From the NCBI GenBank assembly GCA_003551845.1, contig PUNQ01000056.1, positions 1-54,069 on the forward strand: a stretch of 54,069 nucleotides of DNA. The letters run 5' to 3'. Origin of the DNA: Candidatus Nealsonbacteria bacterium. GTDB lineage: Bacteria; Patescibacteriota; Minisyncoccia; Minisyncoccales; PWPS01. The translations under genes were made by a program, and so were the position numbers. Shown in pieces: positions 39,360 to 49,243 of this stretch. The stretch's first letter is position 1; the number at the start of each line of letters is the position of its first letter. The notes below the pieces were generated by a model. The model saw only the letters and a list, made by a program, of their open reading frames with translations. It searched no databases and was not told the origin of the DNA.

Positions 39360-41047
39360 GGTCTTTTTACTAAAAAGTTATTTATCGCCAAATAATCGAG
39401 ATCGGAATCCAAGAAGCTTGCGATCGCTTGATCCGGTGTCATTACTATCGGCTCTCCGTGAGCATTAAAGCTCGTGTTTATTATTGCCGGAATTCCTGTT
39501 AACTCATAATAATTATCTAAAACTTCATAAAAACTCCGATTATCCTCTTCGGAAACAATTTGAGGCCGGGCGGTTTTGTCAACATGAACCGCTGCAGGAC
39601 ACTTATCGATCATATATTCGGTAACATTGAAAGATATGTTCATGAATTTCGAAGTAAATTCAGCGCCTGATAAATTTTTAACGCACTTGTCGGCAAATTT
39701 ATCAATTATGGCCGGAGCAAATGGCATAAATTCAGTTCTATTCAATTTTTTATTTAAAATATCATTTATTTTCGGGTTCGTCGCTTGAACCAAAATACTT
39801 CTATTTCCGAGAGCTCTGGGACCGTATTCCATCTTTCCGTTAAAACGGGCGACAATATTTCCTTCGGCAATAATTTCGGCAATTTCCATCTCTATGTTTT
39901 GGCATCGCTCATACTTCATGTCGGATTTTTGTAGAGCTTTTTCAACACTTTTATCATCATACCGAGGACCCTTGAATACATTTTTTAAAACATTTCCTTT
40001 CTCAGCCAAGCTCAATATTGCTCCGTGTGACAATCCGCTGTCACTCATAGCGGGATAAATATAAATTCTCCGAACCTCTTCGAGTTCATGAATCCTTTGA
40101 TTCAGCTTAACATTTGCGAAGACGCCACCGGCCAAACACACATTTTCATGTTTCGTTTCTTTCAAGTAGTGGGATATTATTCTGCATATGTATTTTTCCG
40201 TATTTTTTTGTAGCCATGCAGCTATATCTTCCACGGAGTGTAAAGACAACTTCTTTTTTAGCTTTTTCAGTCCTTTCGCGCCATGTGCTCCGGTATATTT
40301 CAATTTCATATCGGAAGTGAGTTTGAAAGGAAATTTTTCATCTACCATCTTCGAATCTCCAAAAGCGGCAAGTCCGGTAATTTTTCCTTCATGCCTATGC
40401 TTTTTATATCCGCAAAGCTCGGTGATCATCGAGTAAAACAATCCGAAAGAATCCAAACTGTCTGCAGAAAACAAGGTCTCGAATTTACCTTCCCGAACTG
40501 AAAATAATTTTCCGGAATATCCGTCCCCGAACCCGTCAAAAGTGGCCACTAAAGCCTCTGAGAATCCGGAACAATGAAAAGCCGTTCCGGCGTGAGCGGG
40601 ATGATGCTCTATAAAAGAAATCGGCTTATTCCCAAGCGGTTCGGGCAACCTCCTTCTGATTAATTTTTCCGACACTTTCTCAATTACCGATGCGACTTTT
40701 GAATTCGGCTTTATACGTGAATTTAATTTCAAACGATACTCGATAAAATCTATTAAAAAACGAGAAAAAGAGTCTTCCTTTTTTTCATATTTATCCATTT
40801 TTTCCAATTTGGAAGAAAAACGAGTGGCTAAAGTCGGAGTGAGTATTCCTGCAACAACTATACGATCAATATTTTTCGCTTCTTGCGGGAAATTATTTAC
40901 AAAATAGTCAATTGCTTTTTTCGGATGACCTCCCTGTGTTTTTTTTCTCGTTAATCTTTCCTCATTCAAGGCAAAAATTAATCGCCCGTTCTCCGAATAA
41001 GCAATTCCGGAATCGGTTATGGTATCTGTTATTCCGAGAATTTTCAT
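39356..41047 (-). CDS. O-carbamoyltransferase (NodU/CmcH/TobZ family)
   Basis: EERLTRKK, EHHPAHA, EGKITGLA, AGGVFANV, EYGPRALGNRS, MPFAP, NTSFN. Confidence 0.95.
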   Translation of the reverse strand: MKILGITDTITDSGIAYSENGRLIFALNEERLTRKKTQGGHPKKAIDYFVNNFPQEAKNIDRIVVAGILTPTLATRFSSKLEKMDKYEKKEDSFSRFLIDFIEYRLKLNSRIKPNSKVASVIEKVSEKLIRRRLPEPLGNKPISFIEHHPAHAGTAFHCSGFSEALVATFDGFGDGYSGKLFSVREGKFETLFSADSLDSFGLFYSMITELCGYKKHRHEGKITGLAAFGDSKMVDEKFPFKLTSDMKLKYTGAHGAKGLKKLKKKLSLHSVEDIAAWLQKNTEKYICRIISHYLKETKHENVCLAGGVFANVKLNQRIHELEEVRRIYIYPAMSDSGLSHGAILSLAEKGNVLKNVFKGPRYDDKSVEKALQKSDMKYERCQNIEMEIAEIIAEGNIVARFNGKMEYGPRALGNRSILVQATNPKINDILNKKLNRTEFMPFAPAIIDKFADKCVKNLSGAEFTSKFMNISFNVTEYMIDKCPAAVHVDKTARPQIVSEEDNRSFYEVLDNYYELTGIPAIINTSFNAHGEPIVMTPDQAIASFLDSDLDYLAINNFLVKRP

Positions 41048-41094
41048 GTTTTATCGAAATTAGTAACGCTGAATAATTCTATTTTTTCAGATGA

Positions 41095-42807
41095 TTATGA
41101 GTTGATATTTTGCAGTTTTTCTATCACTCTTTCATTGTTCTTATGGACCCAAACAAGATAAGCCACTCCTCTTTCTTGATCCTCTATCCGAATACTCCCG
41201 TATCCGTTTTCCGAAAGATATTCTTCGACAAAATCAATATTGAATACTCTCTCTTGAAAAAAAGATTGACCTTTTTCGTAATCGGAAACGAGTGCTTTTT
41301 CCGAATCAGTGACAATCAAATCAAAATAGACATTATTTTTATTCGCCGAACTTTCAATTACATCCTCAAATTTTATCGCCCTCAACTCTCTCCTTTCCCA
41401 TTCGGGATTACGAGCACTGAAATAAGCTTTATCTTCCGTTCTCAACGCTTCAAAAACATTTTTCTGCGGAACTCCTTCGGATAAAAAATAGAGGGAAATA
41501 CCGGCAACCCCGCAGACATCGCATGCCCAAGGATCAACAAAATTATAAATACTATCAAACCCCCCTACACTTAGCGACGATCCCAGGCGATAAAATGTAG
41601 AATATCTCCCGCTGGAGAAGTTCTCTTCAAGATATTTCACTTCAAATATATTAAATAAATTAAAAATTATAATAAATGTTATTAAAAGAGAAGGAGTAAC
41701 CCGGGTAACGATTTTGTTTTTAGAAATGCTCTCAAAAAATTCGAATGTTCCATGAACCAAAATGACTACAAAAAGCGGTATTAAAATCATCAGATGAAAT
41801 GTTAGCATCATTTGCATCTCAAAAGTACTGGCGGCAGTATATAGCAAAATCAATAAAATAAAAGTTCCACTTTTTTTATCTTTCTTCAAAAAAAGGAAAA
41901 AAGCGGAAAAAAGGAAAAGATAAAAACTGAAAAAGCCGACCATGGCGGAGAATCCTCCGGGATTTCCGTGTAATTGAGGAAAGGTGGTGAAAATATTTTC
42001 CATATCCCCGAATCTGTGAATTAATTTAGTTAAATAATCGGAGTGAGCCCCTTCCTTGAAGAGATTCAAAATATTTTCAGTAATTCCATAGTATTGAGAA
42101 TAAAATACCATGTAAAATTCCCATATGATAAGAGGTAGCGCCCCCATAACTGTTGCACCCAAAAGAACTAAGGACTTTTTAATTGACAAAAATCTCTTCT
42201 TGAATCGGCGAGGATTGATTAATACGTAAGAAAGAATTAAAAAAAGGCCGAAAGGGGCGAATATTATTTTTCTATATGTTCCGATTCCGATAAGAAGCCC
42301 CAAAATAAAGATATATTTATCGTTATCTTCTTTTTTTAAAATTAAAGAATAAAAAAATAGACAACCGGTGGTGATAAAAGCTAAAAATGAATATTCCGAA
42401 TAATATCTGTGAAGAATAAAGTAGGGAAAAGATATCAGCAACAAAGTGGATAAAAGAGCCTTCTTTCGGTCATTAAAATAATTTTTTGAAAAAAAGAAAA
42501 AAAGAACTATCGAGCCCGATAAAAAAAATGCCTGCATCAACCTGAGCGTGGAAATATCAAATTCAAAAAACATATAAAAAGGCAGGGCCGGAAACTCCAT
42601 CGAATTATGATGATCATTCATCAAATATCTGATATTGAAACTTTCAATAAATTTAATTACGGAATTACTGTCATAAAAATCCTCCATTCCGTGAATTTCC
42701 GACGCCCGATAGAAATTTATTGAGAAAGCGGATATAAAAAGAAAAAGAGGCAAAAGGGTGCTTCTTAAACGGCTTTTAAATTGTTGAAAAATATTTTTAG
42801 AATTCAA
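41095..42807 (-). CDS. Multi-TM membrane glycosyltransferase (GT-C, PMT/ArnT-like)
   Basis: TTG start; many TM segments plus a soluble C-terminal domain; cluster context. Confidence 0.6.
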   Translation of the reverse strand: MNSKNIFQQFKSRLRSTLLPLFLFISAFSINFYRASEIHGMEDFYDSNSVIKFIESFNIRYLMNDHHNSMEFPALPFYMFFEFDISTLRLMQAFFLSGSIVLFFFFSKNYFNDRKKALLSTLLLISFPYFILHRYYSEYSFLAFITTGCLFFYSLILKKEDNDKYIFILGLLIGIGTYRKIIFAPFGLFLILSYVLINPRRFKKRFLSIKKSLVLLGATVMGALPLIIWEFYMVFYSQYYGITENILNLFKEGAHSDYLTKLIHRFGDMENIFTTFPQLHGNPGGFSAMVGFFSFYLFLFSAFFLFLKKDKKSGTFILLILLYTAASTFEMQMMLTFHLMILIPLFVVILVHGTFEFFESISKNKIVTRVTPSLLITFIIIFNLFNIFEVKYLEENFSSGRYSTFYRLGSSLSVGGFDSIYNFVDPWACDVCGVAGISLYFLSEGVPQKNVFEALRTEDKAYFSARNPEWERRELRAIKFEDVIESSANKNNVYFDLIVTDSEKALVSDYEKGQSFFQERVFNIDFVEEYLSENGYGSIRIEDQERGVAYLVWVHKNNERVIEKLQNINS

Positions 42808-42876
42808 CTTTCAGTTTCCGGTTTAAAATAATATATTTTCTTCTCCGATGAGCAACTACCGAGAAGGTTGCTAAAA

Positions 42877-44307
42877 TCATTTGAAAGGATTCATTAAGCT
42901 CAACAAGACCTTTAAACCGTTGAAATGCCTTTTAACTCCCTCCCAACTTCTTATTTTTGCCGCTCTTCGTAAAATGCGCTTCGGGCTTCTATAAAATCTA
43001 ATGTAAGATTTTTCATACATCTCTTTAACTTGATCCATGTCCCTGTAACCATCAGGAATAAAAACCAATTTATGTGTGGTATATTTATCATGATCATGAA
43101 TCAGCTCTCCATATTTCTCAGCCTCCCTGTGTAATTGAGTTCCGGGAAAAGGGGTTGTCGGAGCAAATTGTGCATAATCCGGATCCAGTTCTATCGCAAA
43201 ATCAACAGTTTTTTTAGTCATTTCGGGAGTTTCGCCCGGCATGAATAGCATGAAAGAGGCTCTAACCTCTATTCCCGCCTCTTTAGTCCATTTTACGGCT
43301 TTTTTATTTTGCTCTATTGTAGTTCCCTTGTTGACCTTGTCCAGAAGCTCCTGAACGCCGGATTCTATTCCGTAAAATATCTGCCAACAACCGGCCTCTT
43401 TCATCCTTTTTAAGATTTCAGGATCAACCGAATCAACCCTACAATAACAAGACCATCTGACATTTAAGTCTTCTTCAATCAATTTATCCGTTAATTCTTC
43501 CAACCACTCTCTGTCAGCCGATATCATTTCACTGCGGAATATTATCTCTTTGACTCCGTAATTTTCTATAACATGTTTCATTTCCGAAACGACCCTTCCC
43601 GGTGAGTGATAGCGCGCCTTCTTGCCCGAAACCTGGGTAAACGAACAAAAAGTACAATTATAGGGACAACCACGAGCAATAATCATGTGTGAGACGGGAA
43701 GCTCTTTGAAGTGATGTGGTGCCGGTTTATATTTTTCCATCGGCAATAAATGTCTTGCAGGAAAAGGAATTTTATCCAGCTCTTGAATGAGTTCCCGAGG
43801 TTTGTTTTTTATTATCTTTCCGGATTTATCCCTATATATCACTCCTTTGATTCCGGAAAGATCATCTCCGTTTAAAATTGCCCTCACCAACTCGGAAATA
43901 GTTTTTTCCCCCTCCCCGTAGACCACTATATCTATATTTTCATTTTCACGAAGCAGTTCTTCTTTTTTTATTGTCGGATAATGACCTCCCACCATTATCG
44001 TCTTTTCCGGAAATACTTCTTTTATCTTTTCAGCCGCCAAAACGACTCTTCTGAATGTGGGTGTCAAAACGGTAAATCCGATTATTTCCGGATTTATTTT
44101 TTCTATCTCCCGAATCATTTCATCAAGGTTCAAATCCAAAACCGGAGAATCTATTATATCAACAGAAATTTTCTCTTGTTCCAGAATGGCTGCCAAATAA
44201 GAAATTCCCAAAGGGGGCATATGATAGCCGACATCGGCAAACTGATATCGTTCTTCCGGAGTTATCGGGGGTATGGCGAACAACACCTTTTTTCTTTTCT
44301 TCTTCAT
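42877..44307 (-). CDS. Cobalamin-binding radical SAM protein (class B methyltransferase-like)
   Basis: PPLGISYLAA, GGHYPT, GEGE, RGCPYNCTFC, GIESG, PFPGT. Confidence 0.92.
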   Translation of the reverse strand: MKKKRKKVLFAIPPITPEERYQFADVGYHMPPLGISYLAAILEQEKISVDIIDSPVLDLNLDEMIREIEKINPEIIGFTVLTPTFRRVVLAAEKIKEVFPEKTIMVGGHYPTIKKEELLRENENIDIVVYGEGEKTISELVRAILNGDDLSGIKGVIYRDKSGKIIKNKPRELIQELDKIPFPARHLLPMEKYKPAPHHFKELPVSHMIIARGCPYNCTFCSFTQVSGKKARYHSPGRVVSEMKHVIENYGVKEIIFRSEMISADREWLEELTDKLIEEDLNVRWSCYCRVDSVDPEILKRMKEAGCWQIFYGIESGVQELLDKVNKGTTIEQNKKAVKWTKEAGIEVRASFMLFMPGETPEMTKKTVDFAIELDPDYAQFAPTTPFPGTQLHREAEKYGELIHDHDKYTTHKLVFIPDGYRDMDQVKEMYEKSYIRFYRSPKRILRRAAKIRSWEGVKRHFNGLKVLLSLMNPFK

Positions 44308-44381
44308 GAAAATAAAATTAACACTTTATTTTTGTCATTATACATTAAAAAATAATTATTCACCAAATATCATTCAAAAAA

Positions 44382-45320
44382 TTAAGAAAATAAAATATTT
44401 CCGATATTATCCGTTTTCATCATTTCTTCCACATCTTCCTCTCCGAAAAGATCCAGTCCGAACTTCGAGAAACCCGAGCATTTATTCCGAAGACTGCAAT
44501 TGGGACAAAAAGAGTTTTTAATTTTATCTTCCGGATCGAGGCTGCTCGTCTCAGCCCCTTCATTATAGATAAGAGAATCGTCATTACTGGTGTAGCCGAT
44601 AAATTTCTTTTCATAGCCTCCTATATGAAACCATTTTTCAGGAAGACGAACCGGTAAAACGCATCTGGTAAAATTAAGAAGATAAAACTGATCGAAGTTA
44701 CTGAATAATTTCATATTGTCATATAAAAATTTTTTCTTTTCGGTATAAGGAATGGCAAATCTTTCGAAATCCGAACCGGACGATCTTCCTTGCGGAACAA
44801 GCTCCAGTAATGAATACGCCTCTATCTTCATCTTTTGCAGCTCTTCGCATAATTCGGTCAAATTTTCAATGTTCTGCCGAATAAGAACCGAGGCGACGGC
44901 AATCTTTACACCGTATTTTTGAAGATTTTTGATGCCCTCCATACTCTCTCTGAAGGCTCCTTTTTTTTGAACGATCTCATCATGATCTCTCTCAATTCCA
45001 TGAAGAGCTACATCGACACTTTTGAGACCCAAGTTAACCAATTTTTCAGTAAATTCTTCATCGGAAAAATTTCTCCCGTTGGTGCTCATCCTAATAACTT
45101 TATATCCCTCACTCCGCCCTTTTTGAAAAAAATCAATAATTCCGGGATGTTCCGTGGGCTCTCCTCCCGTAAATTCCAATACTTTTAATTGGTCGCTGTC
45201 CTTATGAAGTTGTTCAAAAATTTCTTTTTTATCAGCGATAAAATCGAGGCCCGAATATTTTTTTACACTACACATGACACAATCATTATTGCACATGTTT
45301 CCTAAAAATATGATCTTCAT
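44382..45320 (-). CDS. Radical SAM protein (HxsC-like)
   Basis: N-terminal CNNDCVMC, TGGEPT, STNGR; C-terminal CPNCSLRNKCSG. Confidence 0.85.
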   Translation of the reverse strand: MKIIFLGNMCNNDCVMCSVKKYSGLDFIADKKEIFEQLHKDSDQLKVLEFTGGEPTEHPGIIDFFQKGRSEGYKVIRMSTNGRNFSDEEFTEKLVNLGLKSVDVALHGIERDHDEIVQKKGAFRESMEGIKNLQKYGVKIAVASVLIRQNIENLTELCEELQKMKIEAYSLLELVPQGRSSGSDFERFAIPYTEKKKFLYDNMKLFSNFDQFYLLNFTRCVLPVRLPEKWFHIGGYEKKFIGYTSNDDSLIYNEGAETSSLDPEDKIKNSFCPNCSLRNKCSGFSKFGLDLFGEEDVEEMMKTDNIGNILFS

Positions 45321-45446
45321 CAGTCAAAAAAATTTATTAACTTCATAAATAATAAACGACCCTTTTCATCGGTCGAGGTATTTTTTGCGAATGATTCATT
45401 AAAAAAGCACCCCTCCCGAAAAAGAGCGCTTTTATTTTAAAATTTT

Positions 45447-45701
45447 TTATACTTTAAAAACCTGATAACCTTCTCTGACCTTTTCCTTCACTTTCACTCC
45501 CACTTCCATTCCTTTTTTTGCACTCTCAACTTCTTCATAATCAATCTCCATGGAGGATACTTCTTGAGTAAAATCGGTATCTTCTCCACCGGCTATCCGT
45601 ATCTTTTCACCGATCTTCAGGCTATCGGAAAGTTTTATTATCGCAACCTCTATTTCTCCGAAATAGTGAATTATTTCCCCTATTTTTTTGCCCTCTGCCA
45701 T
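45447..45701 (-). CDS. Small beta-barrel protein (U32 C-terminal / translation-factor-like)
   Basis: IGEIIHYFGEIEVA, QEVSSMEID, VGVKVKEKVREG; start probably MAEGKK at 45701. Confidence 0.7.
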   Translation of the reverse strand: MAEGKKIGEIIHYFGEIEVAIIKLSDSLKIGEKIRIAGGEDTDFTQEVSSMEIDYEEVESAKKGMEVGVKVKEKVREGYQVFKV

Positions 45702-45722
45702 GTTAGTCATGTTTTTTATAAT

Positions 45723-46217
45723 TTATAGTATTCTAACATTTACTTTCTGAGCATCTTCTCCTTCCTCGGTGGTGTGAATCAAAACGTATATATTGCCCCT
45801 GTATTCTTGTTCCAGTATTTCCGCGGAAAAATTAAGGTCGTGACTGTCCGCATCCGAATCGGTTCCTTCCAGCCGATAATCCCTTTCTTCCAAAAAACTT
45901 ATAATTTCAGGTATATCATCATCTTCAATCACCCTGTTTACGACATAAGAAAGAGCAAGAACATCGCCCGTTTCCACAAGTTTCGGTTCTTCTCCGAAAA
46001 TTTCTTCCAACACCGATGCGAAGTCCTCGTGCATAACGATATTACGTTCGGTTATCGGCTGCACTTCTTCTACCGCGTAATAAGGATTGTCTTCATCAAC
46101 GATTTCTTCTTCATTTTCAACTTCTGGATCTCCGATGTTTTCCGCTTGAAAGTAAAAATATAATCCTCCCACTACGAGAACGAGGAGGACTATTATGATT
46201 AATGCCGTTTTTTTCAT
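45723..46217 (-). CDS. Hypothetical membrane-anchored acidic protein
   Basis: N-terminal TM anchor, D/E-rich. Confidence 0.65.
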   Translation of the reverse strand: MKKTALIIIVLLVLVVGGLYFYFQAENIGDPEVENEEEIVDEDNPYYAVEEVQPITERNIVMHEDFASVLEEIFGEEPKLVETGDVLALSYVVNRVIEDDDIPEIISFLEERDYRLEGTDSDADSHDLNFSAEILEQEYRGNIYVLIHTTEEGEDAQKVNVRIL

Positions 46218-46347
46218 GAAAAATAATTAATTTATTTTTAAATTCAACCTTTCAATTTCATTTTATCATATCCGGACAATCAAAACAACGGCGATGGTAT
46301 AATCGCTTTCTTTTACAACAACTTAATGGGTTAAAAGCTTTTAACCT

Positions 46348-46746
46348 TTAAAGATTAAACTTTTTTGCAAATTTTCCAATAACGGGAAGTTCTTTCTTTT
46401 TTCCCTTTAACACATTGACAATTCCCATTATGAAGAAAACAAAAGCGGCTATGTAAGCTACAAGTATAACCAGCCATCCCAAAATCGGAATAATCAGCAA
46501 AGGTATGCTTGCAATCCAAATGGCCACCCAAAAAATAAACAGGACGAGTCCCTGTTTGGCATGAAATTGAGCGAATTCGTCATCCTTTGCCGCAAGCAGG
46601 GGAACTAAAAAAAGAATCCATAAATAGCTGAGGAGAGCTAACGCATTTATTCCTCCCGACTCCTCTTCCGGCTGATTATCTTCCTGTTGTTCTTCCGGTT
46701 GATTTTGATGTTGGCCCTCTTCTTGATTGAGATTTTCTTCAGACAT
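46348..46746 (-). CDS. DUF4870 family membrane protein
   Basis: ALLSYL...FHAKQGLVLF...LPVIG. Confidence 0.85.
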   Translation of the reverse strand: MSEENLNQEEGQHQNQPEEQQEDNQPEEESGGINALALLSYLWILFLVPLLAAKDDEFAQFHAKQGLVLFIFWVAIWIASIPLLIIPILGWLVILVAYIAAFVFFIMGIVNVLKGKKKELPVIGKFAKKFNL

Positions 46747-46907
46747 AGATATGTTTTTATTTTTTAATTAATAAATTTCATAACGACCTTTGTCTTAGGT
46801 AAGTATATCACAATTTACGACAAGAAAAAAGAATATCATTCTTGCAATATTTTATGGTTTTTAGATTGAATTAAACCTTGCTTTTTGAATGAAAATGCAA
46901 TTCAAGA

Positions 46908-46934
46908 AAAAATCCCGGTTCTACCCGGGATTTT
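46908..46934. terminator. Terminator after dps
   Basis: AAAATCCCGG...CCGGGATTTT inverted repeat with A/T flanks. Confidence 0.7.
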
Positions 46935-46953
46935 AAGATTTTAAATTTTTCAA

Positions 46954-47388
46954 TCAAGAGCGGATCGCTTCTATAAACCAGATCTTTTGGCTGTAGTCGG
47001 CGACGTGGTCTTCCATTTCGGCAACCACCTCGAAATCATTTTCCTCATCGGCTTTATTTCTGATCTCCGTAGCTAATTTTTTCATTTCCTTCAAGTCCTT
47101 TTCCACGATTTCAAGAGACTCCATGCATCCGAACGATCTACTCTTTTCTTCCTTTACGGTTGCGTTTTTTACATAATCCTCCATTTTGACGAGAGGCATT
47201 TCTCCCTTCATTTTCAGAATTTCAGCAATCTCATCGAACTTCTCGAAAAAATCCTCGTAAAGCTCTTCTGTAAATTTATGAATCTGCATAAACTCCTTAC
47301 CTTCCACATTCCAGTGAATGTTGTGGAGCTTGGTGTTTAGCACTGCGAGATTGGAGAGATATGTCTGCATGCTTTTATAGTTTTTCAT
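46954..47388 (-). CDS. dps: Dps DNA-protecting ferritin-like protein
   Basis: KLHNIHWNVEG..F..IH..TEELY, DEIAE. Confidence 0.93.
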   Translation of the reverse strand: MKNYKSMQTYLSNLAVLNTKLHNIHWNVEGKEFMQIHKFTEELYEDFFEKFDEIAEILKMKGEMPLVKMEDYVKNATVKEEKSRSFGCMESLEIVEKDLKEMKKLATEIRNKADEENDFEVVAEMEDHVADYSQKIWFIEAIRS

Positions 47389-47416
47389 GGTTTTAAATAG
47401 GTAAAACTAATAATTA

Positions 47417-47439
47417 TTAATGATAATTACTATCATTAA
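47417..47439. promoter_or_regulatory. Fur/PerR-like box upstream of dps
   Basis: Palindrome TTAATGATA-ATTAC-TATCATTAA containing a 7-1-7 TGATAAT-T-ACTATCA, downstream of a TTGACA promoter (47475-47470). Confidence 0.65.
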
Positions 47440-47503
47440 CTATAAGTATGTTATCAAATCTTAGATTTTTGTCAAGAAAAACATCCTTTTTTTATTTTTG
47501 GAA

Positions 47504-47722
47504 TCACTCTCCTTTCTCAGCCATCTTAGCTATCCAAACGGTAGCGGTTACGGCAATTATGGTAACGACCACTGCATATACCAGCATGGAAACCACACCT
47601 TCCGCGGTTCCGAAAACCTCCCTGAAAACAGCTTGAATAGCACCATTCCAGGCCAAAGCGGCAACCAGCCCGAAGGCGGAAATTATTAGTGAACTCATCT
47701 TGTCAATTACTTGATTTTTCAT
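47504..47722 (-). CDS. DUF5654-like small membrane protein
   Basis: SAFGLVAALAWNGAI...YAVVVTIIAV. Confidence 0.8.
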   Translation of the reverse strand: MKNQVIDKMSSLIISAFGLVAALAWNGAIQAVFREVFGTAEGVVSMLVYAVVVTIIAVTATVWIAKMAEKGE

Positions 47723-47888
47723 AATTATTTTTATTTTAACTTATAATGGATAATGATTAATTACCCGATTCGGACCGATGCTTCCGGCAGGTTCAAGTAA
47801 CCGAATGACAAAAAACTGCAATAATCTTGAAGAATGTTTATTATCCGGAATTTTCATAATTTCACTTCAAGGATAAGAATATCCTCAC

Positions 47889-49004
47889 TCAATAACATAT
47901 TTCCGAATGCATTTTTTGACCATTTAAAACCTTCTTTATACATTCGGTTTCAAACCTCGTAAATCTATAAATTCCTCCATGCTGAACTTCGGGTAATTTC
48001 CAAACGACTTCACCACTTCTATTTATTTCAAATGCACGATTTTTCATTGATTCTGAAATTAAAATATTTCCATTCGGCAACTCTTGAGCACTTCCCATAA
48101 ATTCCGAATGGAAATTTTCTGTTCCCGCCTTATTATAGCTCCAAACTATTTCATTTTCCGGATTTATCTCCAATATTCGGCTGTAATCTCGTTTCTCCAG
48201 CCCGTTATCGAAAATCAAAATATTACCGCCTTCTGTCATTGTCGGATGGTGGGGTCTGTCCAGATCGACATCTGAAAACCAGACAATCTCTTCTTGATTA
48301 AAATCAAAAAGTATTATCATGTCAATATTTCTAAGAGATAACAGAATTCTGTCTTTTATAAAAATATCATCATAATCTTTATCCAAAACCGTTATTGAAT
48401 TCAGATGAAATAACTTAATCGCCTCATCGGAAGATAGGTAGATATCTTTCAGAGGTTCTTCTCGAAAAAGACTTTTTTCGGCTACTTCCTTCAGATTAAT
48501 TTCATTACTGCTTTCAAAAACTTCATAAAGAGAGACCTCTTTGTCGAAAACTTCTCCCGTATCAATTGCAACCCTCTTTAAGACTTCATCCTCAATGTGC
48601 TCTTCCAATAAGTCAGAGTAGCGACTTTTTCTTGATGAGGCAATTAAATTTTCTCTGAAAACTCCCGTGTCATGATGGCCCAGATCACGATTTTTCCAAA
48701 CCACATTGGATTTTTTATCAAAACGAACAATTACTTCACTGTTGTCCGTATAAATCAAATCACCATTTTCCCAGATTAAAGGATAATTAAATCTCATAAC
48801 GGAATCAAAGTTTTTGTCCACATCCCACTGATGCACAACCGATCCGGAATTTTCCATTAAAAAAACCTTTCTTTCCCTTCTGTCGTGAAAAAAATTCATT
48901 CCGGGATATACGTCTTTTGGATTTCTTTCAATAATCTCAAAACTTTCATAATCCGAAACCGATAATTTTCTGTTCCAAAAATCCAGTTGAAAAAAAATAA
49001 CCAA
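47889..49004 (-). CDS. Arylsulfotransferase (ASST)-like beta-propeller protein
   Basis: HHD, FHLNSI, LLSLRN, HHPT...ILIFDNG, SAQELPNGNILISES; the true start is probably further upstream. Confidence 0.8.
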   Translation of the reverse strand: MVIFFQLDFWNRKLSVSDYESFEIIERNPKDVYPGMNFFHDRRERKVFLMENSGSVVHQWDVDKNFDSVMRFNYPLIWENGDLIYTDNSEVIVRFDKKSNVVWKNRDLGHHDTGVFRENLIASSRKSRYSDLLEEHIEDEVLKRVAIDTGEVFDKEVSLYEVFESSNEINLKEVAEKSLFREEPLKDIYLSSDEAIKLFHLNSITVLDKDYDDIFIKDRILLSLRNIDMIILFDFNQEEIVWFSDVDLDRPHHPTMTEGGNILIFDNGLEKRDYSRILEINPENEIVWSYNKAGTENFHSEFMGSAQELPNGNILISESMKNRAFEINRSGEVVWKLPEVQHGGIYRFTRFETECIKKVLNGQKMHSEICY

Positions 49005-49243
49005 TATAGCTGCTGAGATCGAAAAAAAAATAGCGGCTCCCGAAATATATCTTGCTTTTTTCTTGAAGTTGATAGAACTGTAATTTGTTTATTTTATCTT
49101 GCTTAACTATACCATAAACAAAAAACAATGAAATGGATTTCAAAGCTGCAGCTTTATTTTGTGCCCGTTTGGAGTCTTCGACAAAACCGAAAAGATTATA
49201 TCACATCAGGCAGAATATTTATCCATCTTTTCGACCATCTCTA

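Noticed and set aside
47764-47808. SRP RNA or tRNA fragment
   Set aside because: GAACC...CCGGAAGCA resembles SRP helix 8 only superficially (the CAGG/AGCA loop is missing), and GGTTCAAGT has no paired T-stem
48946-49143. Separate 65-aa CDS upstream of the ASST-like gene
   Set aside because: Overlaps the better-supported signal-anchor frame and has no protein-like features
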